Translations under genes and position numbers: made by a program
Part shown: positions 25,188-36,314 of the stretch, one piece after another
Layout: the number at the start of each line of letters is the position of its first letter
How positions within the stretch are numbered: position 1 is the first letter of the stretch
Notes under the pieces: generated by a model
The model's database searches: none
Told to the model about the DNA's origin: nothing
The model's input: only the letters and a program-made list of their open reading frames with translations
DNA from: Zootoca vivipara
Taxonomy: Eukaryota
Reading direction: 5' to 3'
Assembly: GCF_963506605.1 (NCBI RefSeq)
Contig: NC_083281.1
Coordinates: 66,278,001-66,342,000 of the forward strand
Length of the DNA stretch: 64,000 bases

Positions 25188-25392
25188 TATGGCATAGCAG
25201 ATCAAGTGCTGGACTAAGGCGTGGGAAACCAAGATTCAAATTCCTGCTCAGACAAGAAACTTAGTGTCACAGTTTCTCAGCCTAGCCTACCTCACAGGAG
25301 AGTTGTGAGGATAAAATGGGGAGGAAGAGCTATGTACGCCACCTTGAGCTCCTTGGAGGAAAAATGGTATATGAATGCAACAAATAAAATAA
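25188..25392 (+). mobile_element. tRNA-derived MIR/CORE-like SINE
   Basis: A-box/B-box-like head, TCTCAGCCTAxCCTACCTCACAGG core and an A-rich tail. Related copies at about 26400-26597 (-), 34040-34185 (+), 48380-48597 (+) and 49110-49320 (-). Confidence 0.75.
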
Positions 25393-25611
25393 GGACAGAA
25401 CAAGGTGAGCTTCTCTGAGGAGGTAGTTCCCAAGTGGTAGTTTCCTCTCCTTCACAACCACTTGCCCCATTCCATCTGATATTCTTGATATACAATGTCT
25501 AATAGTACATTACTGGCCCTAAACTGATAGTTGGCCCATCTGCTTGCTGTATAATACTGGAGCTTGCATCAGGTTCCCACAAAAGTAGAAATAAGTATCC
25601 CACCTAATAAA

Positions 25612-25672
25612 GCGCGCAACCCCAGAGTCGGTCACAACTGGACCTAATGGTCAGGGGTCCCTTTACCTTTTT
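25612..25672 (+). mobile_element. Sauria SINE 3' tail fragment
   Basis: GCGCGCAACCCCAGAGTCGGTCACAACTGGACCTAATGGTCAGGGGTCCCTTTACC, near-identical to the tail of the 4708 copy. Confidence 0.85.
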
Positions 25673-26604
25673 AAAAGTAACATATTTGTGTTTTGGGGGA
25701 AAAGGCATGAAGCACAGCAGGTCTTCACAGTTCATCTGCTACCGGTAAGTATACTGGAATTTGCATAGATTGTTCTCTTCAAGATGAAATAAGAAGGTTA
25801 AGGATAAAATCAGAAAGAATTGACAGTCCAGAACAAATAAGATTGTTGACTGCATCTTGGCAGTCAGTATAGCAAACCCAGCTGGTTATGTCGATGGCAC
25901 CACATCCATAAGGAATAATTTCAATAAATGCCATCCAAGGAAGAAAGGAAGGATTTTATTGTTTCACTACAATATGCTTGCAATTTATTTTCAAATACAG
26001 TACCATACATTTTCTACTCACTTGTCGCCCCCATATGGACAAATGGATACCTAGCAAGGAAAATCTGGAATTGCAGAAAGTACTATTGTGAGCTCAAGAG
26101 ATGGAGATTTCCAAACATGAGGGTTAAATGTGTTTGGGTATAAAACATAACTAAACACTATAATACAGGTAGAAGCCGCAGAGATCTTAGGGCAGAGATA
26201 AAATTATAGATTTTATTTTGTTTATGCATTCAGCTCCACATTTATCACTTCATGCTTGGCACAAAGACTTTTGGATGTCACCTCTCAAAACAGCAATGTT
26301 TGAAATTTCATACATTACAGGGAGCAAAACTGGGTATGCCACACAGTGTACACACAACAGGTTGCCACAGGCAGTCCTTTCTGGAGAGCGTAATTGTGTG
26401 ATATATTTACTTATTTCTTCTATATACCACCTTCTTCAAGTTCTCCATGTTCTCCTCACAACATCCCTGTGATGTAGGTTAGGCTGAGAGGCAGTGATTG
26501 GCCCATGTTCACCCCAGTAACCTTCATGGCTAAGTAGGGATTCAAATCCTCATCTCCCAGGTCATACATAGTTCAGCACTCAAACCATCACACTGATGGT
26601 GCTA

Positions 26605-27345
26605 CAATGACTTACAGGTCACGTTTTTGGTCATTTTGGGGTCGCAATTTTGGCCATTTTCTGACTTCCTGGCCCATGCATCACAATTGGCTCCTGACCA
26701 GTGGGGTCAGGTCTCTAAAAAAAATGGGCAAGAACGTGACCTGTGAGGTAAAGGTAAAGGGGCCCCTGACCATCAGGTCCAGTCGTGTCCGACTCTGGGG
26801 TTGCGGCGCTCATCTCACTCTATAGGCCGAGGGAGCCGGCGTTTGTCTGCAGACAGCTTCCGGGTCATGTGGCCAGCATGACAAAGCTACTTCTGGCAAA
26901 CCAGAGCAGCACACGGAAACACCGTTTACCTTCCCTATTTATCTACTGCTAGGTGGGCACGAGCAATGGGAGCTCACCCCATTGCAGGGATTCGAACCGC
27001 CGACCTTCTGATCAGCAAGCCCTAGACTCTGTGGTTTAACCCACAGCGCCACCTAGGAGTGAAAAAATGAGCCAAAACATGATATGTGGGTCAGGACGAC
27101 TTCTTTTTTAAAAAAAAAAATTAAGCACAAAGTTACTTGCATATGAGGAGCCAAAAAAATAGTGAAAATGTGACCCACAGTTCAAGAGCCAAAATATGAA
27201 CAAAAATACCTCCCACGAGAAAGCAAGAATGAGCAAAAACGTGGCCTGTGGGTCAGGAATCCAAAAAATAAGCCAAAACATGATTCAGGGGTCAGAAGGT
27301 CCCTTCCCCCCCAAAAAAAAATAGGGTGGGTCAGGTGTCAGAAAT
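26605..27345. repeat. degenerate ~37-40 bp repeat array in fold-back arrangement, interrupted by a Sauria SINE
   Basis: Recurring AAAATGAGCCAAAA(C)(A/G)TGACCTGTGGGTCAGGA units on the right and reverse-complement units at 26610-26700. Confidence 0.6.
26746..27054 (-). mobile_element. Sauria SINE with internal deletions
   Basis: Colinear with the copy at 4708-5058, with an (ACCTTT)n tail on the minus strand. Confidence 0.92.
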
Positions 27346-29215
27346 GAATTCTGGTTGAGCAGGGATTTGAAGTCTAGTCTCCCAGGTCCTAGCCCAAAAC
27401 TCTAAGTACACTACGTTGGATCCTTGCTCAGTCCCTTTTCTTCTACTCCTTGCTGGCACACTTCCACCAATGTGGTCCTAACATGCAAATTATTAGGGAA
27501 GATAGCAACAAAGCATTGGCTGAGAGCTGTCACAATGGCAGTATACAGTTAGTGAGATGACATGATCCTATCCTGGAGTCATAAAACTTTGGTGTGTTGA
27601 CTATACAGGAATCTCTACCCAAGCCAAAAGGAGCACGGTAGGGGTGGGCAGATGTCTGACACCAAAAGAGCTGAGATCTAATTTAGACCTTAGTGGGTCA
27701 ATCTGGTTACAAGTTTCTTGAGTCTCCAAAGCTCATTTGTTATTCCCAAGGGATACTGGACCTAGCATCAATAACTCAAAACAAATGAGGACATCTAAGT
27801 GCTTGAACTGCTTCCAGGAGACTATCATCTGCTGCCTTTGCTGTTTTAGGGCAAGAAGAAGGTACCAGATCTGCTTTCTGTTCCAGGGCTTGCTTATAGG
27901 GTGTTTTAAGACAGCATCAACTTGAGGCGCTCCTATGAAAATTTACTTAGCTATGTCAATGGTGCCTCTGCAGTCATGATTCAACAATTTCCTTTTAGCA
28001 TTGTGGCATCAGTGTCTTACCCTATTCAGTGTGGGATAACCAGCGTCATATAACCAACATGCTTAAATCTAATTAATACATGAAGGGGTTAAGACCATAG
28101 AGTAAGCTGTTCTGCCAGGCTTAGATCACCTTGGTATGGACTAAGTAATCAAGACTTTGTTTCCCTCCAATCAACCTGAGTAGCTCAGCCAATGAAGAGG
28201 TTTGAGCTGGTTGCTCCAGCTCAGATTGCATGGTTCTCATCAACCATTTTTGAGTTCATATACCAATCATTTAGGAACTTTCACCACTGTAACTAAACCA
28301 ACATTCAGGTGCTTTGTACTTTGTACTTACTAAATGCGTAATGGGGTTCCTTAGAACATGCAGGCTAGACATGCCCCCCTAGACAGCAACACATGTGTCC
28401 ACTGTAGATGCTGGTAGACCACAGAACTCCCTTTGTGGGGTTGGGAACCCTGTTCTATTTCCAGGTGCTTTGGGAGGGTTACAAGCATAGGCCCCATCTG
28501 CACCATACATCTGAAGTGCTAGGAAAACACTTTAAGCAGTTAAAAGAATTATGGGAGCTGTATATTGTTGAGGATGCTGTGAATTTGTAGGAGGCACCCA
28601 TTCTCTCACATAACTGCAATTCTTGTTAAATTGGGATTTGTAGCTCTTTGAGGGGAATATATATCTCCTAACAACTTTCAGTGTCCTTAACAAACTACAG
28701 CTCCCATAATTCTTTTGGGGGAATGTGTGGCTGTTTCAAGTGCTTTCAATGTATGGTGTGAGCGTGGCAGTAAGGCACAGGAGCTAGATGGCAACATTAT
28801 GCCCAACGGCTTCATGGAAAAGATAGCTGTAATGAGAGCAGGAACTAAAGTGATTTAGAAATGGTTACATGGTGGGAATCAGTTCTAGAAGACACCAGTA
28901 GGGAAAGGAAGCCAATGAGATCTGACTCACTGGCGGAGGAACAGGGGGCGGGGGAGCCCACTGCCCCTGCCACCATTGGGGAGGGGGATACCATCGCGGC
29001 TGCCCTCCAAAACCCGCCATGCACCGTGCCAGGTGCCACGCCCCTAGGACACACACCACACCCCCGCGGGGCGATGTGCGCTCACAGCTAAAGAAAGTTT
29101 TTTCCTTCTAATTCAGTCTCTGTGGCTCATTTGTAATCTTGCAAATACAGCAAGATGCTGAGGTGGAATCTGAGAGGGGGGAGGAGAGAGGTGGCATCAT
29201 GTAGGTGTTCTGGGA

Positions 29216-29867
29216 CAGTGGTTCCCAACAGGTGGTCCGCGGAGCTATGCCAGAGGGGTCCGCAAGATGCTATTAGAATAAAAAATATATTAAATATATT
29301 TCGTATGATAACAGATTTTTTGTTTTGGCCGCTTCCTGCATGAGCAGAGTCTAGCGCAAAACTAGAATTAGATAGAGGCAGTAGTTCTGCTGTATGCCGT
29401 TAGGTGGCACTTTACAAACACTACTGTTTTGCAAAGAGGCAGCGCGCACATTCTACTAACGCTCACCTCCCCAAGATGCTTTGCGTGCGTCGGCTTCATT
29501 TGTGCGCTACCGCGCAGGCACCCTGTCTTCTCCATTCCCCTCCCTCCTCCCTGGCGCGCGCTGCCTCTTTGCAAAACAGTAGTGTTTGTAAACAAAGCGT
29601 TGTTTTTCACGGAAGCTACAGTTCGCGTAGTTAAAAATGGACCGTTGGTTTAAAAGTGGTTCATCTCATTAAGAACTGAAAATTAAAACTAACTGTATAC
29701 TGATGGAGTACTCTGTTGTAACTGTAAAAAACGTATAAATATAAAATATAAAAAGACTCTTAATTTGGCTCTCACTTTTTAATTTTAGGATTAGGAATTA
29801 ATGGGGGTCCTTGTCACAATAGCGGCTCGATGAGGGGTCCTCGAGAAAATTTTGTTGGGAACCCCTG
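29216..29867. mobile_element. non-autonomous hAT element with an internal 37-bp inverted repeat
   Basis: TIRs CAGTGGTTCCCAACA / TGTTGGGAACCCCTG. TSD TTCTGGGA / TTCTAGGA. Perfect inverted repeat at 29411-29447 and 29556-29592. Confidence 0.88.
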
Positions 29868-31469
29868 TTCTAGGAGGTTGTTGGGATAAAAGACAAGAAG
29901 GGAGGGAAAAGTGGGAAGATTGACAGAGCTGAGTGTGGTGGAACTGGAACAGTGAAGGCTATAGCAGCTGATGTTCATTGGAACTGGTGTGGCAGAAGGC
30001 ATGGAGGCCAATGGTAGCTGGAACCTGAAAGTCAAAGACAGACAGGGCCTACTAACTCTAAGTTTGCCCCAAACCTCCTTTCTGCTGAATTTCACAAGGG
30101 AAACTGAGACTGAGAAGCAGGAAGCTGACAGCCTGGGCTACTGCCCTTGGGCTAGTTATAAATAAGGAAGTAGGTAGGTGAGAACAAGTTTAAGGTACTC
30201 ACCTTAATGGACCAACCACCATTGAGTGAGGGTCATGGACAAGGATGTATTGGCACATACGAGCAGAGAGATAAGGGAGGCCATGGCCACAGCAAGCTTT
30301 AAATGTTATGATTCCATAGAAAGTGAAGCTAGCTCACCCAGCAAAGTAGTCTGTCCTTTTCCATGCAGATCTCTATCTGATGATCAATTTGGTTCCTCTG
30401 CAGTTCAGTGAAAAGGATGCTTGACTTTTCTGGAACCAAGTGGAACACACAAGGTGTGGAGCCAGTGATAGTCCACGACATCTTATCCAATGACATTCCA
30501 GATCTCAGGGACAGCAACAGTTTAGAGATTGCTGCTATGATGCACGGGACAAAGAGCGATGAGGATCTGCTGGACAGTGCTTCTGAGCTGTGTCTAGAAC
30601 ACAACATGGAACAGACAGATGTTCTGGTAAAGCTACATGTGGAAGAGTGGAAGGGCTATGACACACTAGCCAGCAATGAAGCAGAAGCATGTGGCACAAC
30701 AGAGAAGCCAACAGAGCAGGAAATTAAGAAGAAAGACCCTGATGATGCCTGTATGGGTGAAGAAGAAGAAAAGAGTCATTCTGGACCAGCAGGAGAAGAC
30801 TGAGAGAGTGCTGCTTTCCATAAAGACAAAGCCTTCACTGAAGGAAGCATCGATCCAGGATCTGACAAAGGAGATTTTGCATAGATGGGATGTTGCTCTG
30901 GCTCTTGCGGAGGAGCTGCTGACTGGGAATGGACAACTTCCTTCATAGCCTGGAATAGCCAAGTTGGTTAGTCAGCCACATATTCTCTTGCAGGGTGGAA
31001 TCTGGGGTGAATCTTTGGCCCACTTAGTATCCATGGCTGGATACACACCATACATTTAAAGCATGTGACTTTGCCCAAAGAACCCTGGGTACTGCAGTTT
31101 GTTAAGGGAGCTGGGAATTCTTTGATTCTTTGGGGGAAATTGCATGCTTTGAAATGTGTGGTGTGTACACAACCTCTGTTTCTTATGCATTACATGGGCT
31201 CATACATTTCCCATATCCTCTCCTTTAATTGTCAAGTCTGGAAGTGTGTATCAGTTGTCTTTCACTGGTCCTGAATTTCTTCCATTTCACAGAGCCTCTG
31301 GAAAGATTTCATATTTCTTAAAAGCATTTTTCCAAAAGTGACACTCAAAGCAGCTGACGACAAAATGAAAACACAAAAGCTTACTAAAAGTTAGGCCATT
31401 ATTATTCTTAGGTTATTTTATTCATTTATTCAATAGTATGCATATTGGCCAGCCCTGAGCACAGCTCCC

Positions 31470-31628
31470 AAAGAGAGTCCATCAATTGGTCCATCTAGCT
31501 CAACATTGTCTACAATGACTGGCAGTGGCTCTCCAGGATTCCAGTCAGGGTGCTTTCCCACCCCTACCCAGAGTTGCTGGGGATTGACCCTGGGGCCTTC
31601 TGCATGCAAAGCAGATGCTCTCTCACTA
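31470..31628 (-). mobile_element. tRNA-derived squamate SINE (Squam3-like)
   Basis: Minus strand starts AGTGAGAGAGCATCTGCTTTGCATGCAGAAGGCCCCAGGGTCAATCCCC (tRNA-like). Related copy at about 60695-60836 (+). Confidence 0.65.
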
Positions 31629-32191
31629 AGCAAGACCAATGCTATACCAATGAGATGCTGAAATGGAGCTATGGTTAAGACTTCTGGGATTCAGTGAGGT
31701 TGTGCTATTCTGTTGCTTCATGTGCACATTTCTTATTTTCACATCTCTAGGGTACTTTGGCATTCTTGATGTACCAAAGAGGAACTTACATACAGCATGT
31801 CAAAGACAGAGAGCCAAAGCTGAATCACAAAGAGTCCCAAAGACGCTGGCCAGAGGCTGTTTCCTAAAATATTTCCAACCCAACTTTTTTGTCCAGTATG
31901 CTACATTCTTTCTAGTTTCATCTGCCTCTTCAGCTAAAAACTCTATCCATGGAGAGACATCAAAGAAACATCCCACTGGCATATTGGCAATGACTGAGAT
32001 ACTTCTCCCCACCCCCTCAACTCTAGATGAGAGGGAACATTAAATCATTAAATGCATTTCAGTATTGTTTGTTTGCAAGAGCACGTTCTTCATAGCTGAC
32101 TCCTTTAAGTATCTACTTGTATATTAGAAGGGGAGGGAGCATGTACTTGCTGCTTCCATATATGAGACTGGGTTTGAAGACAAGTTTGTAT

Positions 32192-33011
32192 ACAGAAGTA
32201 CTGTTTTGGGGAGACAGGGGGCGGGCAGGTGTGGAGGACTCCCTGGTCCTGAATGGGGTAACTGTGCCCCTGAAGGACCAGGTACGCAGCCTGGGAGTCA
32301 TTTTGGACTCACAGCTGTCCATGGAGGCACAGGTTAATTCTGTGTCCAGGGCTCCATCTGGTATGCAGGCTGAGACCCTACCTGCCCGCAAACTGTCTCG
32401 CCAGAGTGGTGCATGCTCTGGTTATCTCCCGCTTGGACTACTGCAATGCGCTCTACGTGGGGCTACCTTTGAAGGTGATCCAGAAACTGCAATTAATCCA
32501 GAATGCGGCAGCTAGACTAGTGACTGGGAGTGGCCGCCGGGACCACATAACACCGGTCCTGAGAGATCTACACTGGCTCCCTGTACGTTTCCGAGCACAA
32601 TTCAAAGTGTTGGTACTGACCTTTAAAGCCCTAAACGGCCTCGGTCCTGTATACCTGAAGGAGCGTCTCCACCCCCACCATTCAGCCCGGACACTGAGAT
32701 CCAGCACCGAGGGCCTTCTGGCGGTTCCCTCATTGCGAGAAGTGAGGTTACAGGGAACCAGACAGAGGGCCTTCTCGGTAGTGGCACCCGCCCTGTGGAA
32801 CGCCCTCCCAGCAGCTGTCAAGGCAATAAACAACTATTTTACATTTAGAAGACAACTGAAGGCGGCCCTGTTTAGGGAAGTTTTTAATGTTTGATGCTGT
32901 ACTGTTTTTAATATTTGGTTGGAAGCCGCCCAGAGTGGCTGGGGAAACCCAGCCAGATGGGCGGGGTATAAATAATAAGTTATTATTATTATTACTATTA
33001 TTACTATTATT
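32192..33011 (+). mobile_element. L2-clade LINE 3' portion (ORF2 C-terminus plus tail)
   Basis: ORFs encode ...VRSLGVILDSQLSMEAQV... and VHALVISRLDYCNALYVGLP...HITPVLRDLHWLPVRFRAQFK...RAFSVVAPALWNALP, typical of L2-type ORF2. Frameshifting deletion near 32352 and a (TTA)n tail. Confidence 0.92.
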
Positions 33012-33303
33012 TCCTTGTCGAAAGATGGACTTGCTTACTGCTCTTTGTATAGAGTCAAGTCACAATCTTGCTTTTGTTAAATATGGCAAATGGGGCTCTG
33101 CCTGGCTGATCTTTGACAGCATAGCTGATTGTGATGGTGAATCTGCTCATTTAGCCTTGTTGCCTTTTCTGGTTAACATGTGAACATGAGAAGAGCCATG
33201 TTGGATCTGATCTGGTTCAGCAACCTGAACCAGTGGCCAACTAGATGCCTATGAGAAGCTCACAAGCAGGTCCTGAGCAGCATTCTTCCCATTTACAATT
33301 CCC

Positions 33304-33307
<4 letters not shown>

Positions 33308-33355
<48 letters not shown>
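33308..33355. repeat. (CA)n microsatellite
   Basis: Pure AC run. Confidence 0.97.
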
Positions 33356-33357
<2 letters not shown>

Positions 33358-35026
33358 TTGCAGTCAAATGCAGAGCCGGGCATGGAGTGGTGTCAGGACG
33401 TAGTGCAACTTCGTGTGCGCAACGTCAAGACGTCACATCAGGGCCCCTCAATGCTCTTCAGAAGACGGTTCCTGTGAATCTCAGCAACTGATAGTCGGAG
33501 ACAAAATATTAACAGCAAACCCATTGAAAAGAATACATCTCAGTTTGTCATATGTTGATGTGCACTAATTTCAGTGCACCTGCTGAGTAGGACTAGACTA
33601 GCATAGGATGCAACAACCCAGAATCTTTTAAAGTCACCTGAGTTGGTGGCCAGCAACTCTAGCTTGTGGTTTTCATGTTGCTTTGAGACACCATAACTGG
33701 TTTCTAGCACTTAAATTGCTCACTATTGCAGGGCACCTTCTGTAATAAGGCTTCTCTATTTAATATTGCATTGTGTTAAGATGGTATGAGCAACATTAGC
33801 AGAACAGGGAGGAAATACAGCCAAAAATAAGTGTGAAATAGTGGCAGTGACAATCAGACTAGGACTTGACCAACAATGCCTGAGATTTTCTTTATTTAAC
33901 GTGCCCTTTTACAATATATTGTGCTAGAAATTGAAGCATTGATACAATACCTAAAACACAGTGGGATGGCTCAATTAAATTCTATTCAGAGTATAAATAT
34001 TTATAAATGTCAGACAAGGACCCGGGGGAGCAGGTTTCAGCCATGAAACTCACTGGGTGGCCTTGGTCCAGTCACAGTCTCTCAGCCTAACCTACCTCAC
34101 AGGGTTGTTGTGAAGATAAAATGGAGAAGAAGAATGCCACTTTGTGTGCCATTCTGTTTGCCACTTTGAGCTCTTCAGAAAAAAATGTTTTTACATATGT
34201 GGGGAGCGCGGTCGTCCCATAATCTTTCTAAGCAAGTATCTGGGGAACTGCTTAAACATGCTTTAAGCGATGGCCACTTACAAAAAAAAGCATCCACTTT
34301 TTGAAATTTGAAAATATGGTTTATATTGTACATACTATATAAACAAAGGTCTTGAAGGAAATTAATTTTTCATAAATCTGAACAGAAAATTGGTACTCAT
34401 CAGCCTTCTGTTATTACACTAACCCATTTCTAATCCACATTTTCTTTCACCGATCGACCTCATTGTGGATGTGATCATCGAGAAGATTTTTACCACCCCT
34501 TTTTGTGGTTTTTGACAGGAAGCCGTTTGAAAATTATATTTATAGTTGAGGAACTGTCTGCTCACACATCTGTAGAGCTTATTTTAACAGTGACCTGCTT
34601 ATCAGGCAATAACCAAGCCATTGAGCCTTCAAATTGCTGAGTACAGTGAAAAGAAGAAAAAGGAGATTCTTTGCTCCTCCGTTTCCTTTTGCTTTAGAGA
34701 GATCAAGGGGGCTTTGTGCAGCCTGGAAATATTCCTTCTTGGTTACATATCCATTGGCAGATTTAGGATAAGTTTCAGATGGCATGCCACCGGCACGCTC
34801 GTTGAGTGGCAAACAGCAAGCAGGATCAAACATAAAACTCCCGACGAAGAACTCCAAGGAGGAGGAAAGGAAAATAAATAAATTCTGTGTTAAGTTTGGC
34901 CTTTAGTCTGGGTCTAGTACTCTAGGGCTGCACACATCCTAGAGAAAACTCCACTGAACTAAGAGTTACATCTGTGTAAACATTTATTTATGTTGAAATA
35001 AGCATGGATTTCAGAGGGGTGGTGGC

Positions 35027-35027
<1 letters not shown>

Positions 35028-35071
<44 letters not shown>

Positions 35072-35072
35072 T
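35028..35072. repeat. (AAT)n microsatellite
   Basis: Pure AAT run, probably an antisense LINE tail. Confidence 0.95.
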
Positions 35073-35273
35073 ATGAATCACTTCCCATGAAGCACCCCAA
35101 TGTGATTTACGATATAATAACATATTTTCAAAAAAAACTGTTACATATATGCAGTTAAAACAACTGCATATATAAAATCATATTTTTAAAAAAACTATTG
35201 AAATATAAAAACCAGTTTAGAACAATAACACATACATACAACAATTTAAATCCAAGTCAGATGTCAACTGAGA

Positions 35274-36314
35274 TCATATAGATATAGATATAGATATAGA
35301 TATATAGATGTTCCCACTGCGTGCGCGGATGTAACACCCATCCTCTGTAACCGCTGAACCAAATTGCATCAAATTGGGACAAAGCGTACCTTGCACATCA
35401 GGGAGGGATCTAGCATAAAAAAGCACACCTTTCATACCTAAAATAATGATACACAAAAAAGTGGTGCCCAAATCAGACATCACCAGCAGAAGCTCTGAAG
35501 ACTCCAGCAGCATCCAACAGAAAGGCAGATCGCAGGCTGTCACCAGCAAAACCTCTGAAGGGCAGCACCAAATAATGACATCATCAACCGAGCAACTGAA
35601 ACCACCAAGGCAGCCATTACCAGACAACCCACAGAGTCAGGCTGGGGCCAAGGAATGGAGATACAGGACGGAGGCCTCGGCTCGCATTTAAATACTAGCC
35701 CAAGCCAAGGCCGACAGACTAGGCCTCGCCTCTACTTTAAAGCCTACAAACTAGGCCTTGGCTCTACTTTGCAGACTAGGCCTCGGCTCTACTTTACAGC
35801 CTACAGACTGGGCCTCGGCTCCACTTTACAGACTAGGCCTCAGCTCTACAGCCTACAAACTAGGCCTCTACTCTACTTTAAAGTGGAGCCCTGGGTGGGG
35901 GTGGGGGGAGGAGCCTGAATAGGTCATGGGCTGACGTAGGGTGGGAGAGCCACAGGGTGGGGGGAGGGGGACGGGATATCATGGGTCGCTACAGGATGGG
36001 AGTAATCACAGGGATGAGACACAACAACTGGGGGGGGGAGAGGAAAAACACATAGTCCAGGGGAGAATGGACACATCCTCCCCCTTTCCTGGCAAACAAG
36101 GACCCTGAGTCAGGCACAGCAAACAATCATAAGAAAACAAAAATAATTAAAACAACAAATCCAAGGACAAAGTTCATACATCCGGAAAAGCATATTACAT
36201 CAAAACACTAACCAAAAACAAGTTATGCAACCATTACCATTCAAAACACAAATGACATCAATACTCCCCCCCCCAAAAAAAATCCCCACAGCAACACGTG
36301 GCCGGGTCAGCTAG
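35274..36314 (+). mobile_element. non-autonomous Helitron
   Basis: Begins with TC after a host A and ends with CTAG before a host T. Subterminal CCACAGCAACACGTGGCCGGG hairpin region. No TSD or TIR. 5' (ATATAG)n run and internal tandem repeats. Confidence 0.78.
35670..35885 (+). repeat. minisatellite inside the Helitron
   Basis: About seven copies of ACTAGGCCTCGGCTCTACTTTA(C/A)AG, with an optional CCTACA(A/G) spacer. Confidence 0.88.

Noticed and set aside
27700-27935. Minus-strand open stretch after a TTTCATAG acceptor with a faint CARD-like LKQQRQQMI
   Set aside because: Similarity is too short, and the position is out of order for a NOD2 gene head-to-head with SNX20.
32406-32894. 162-aa ORF as a host gene
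   Set aside because: It is the C-terminus of an L2-clade LINE ORF2, with an upstream frameshift and a LINE tail.
35670-35885. Repeat-spacer pattern resembling a CRISPR array
   Set aside because: Eukaryotic context, spacers are absent or near-identical, and there are no cas genes. It is a minisatellite in a Helitron.
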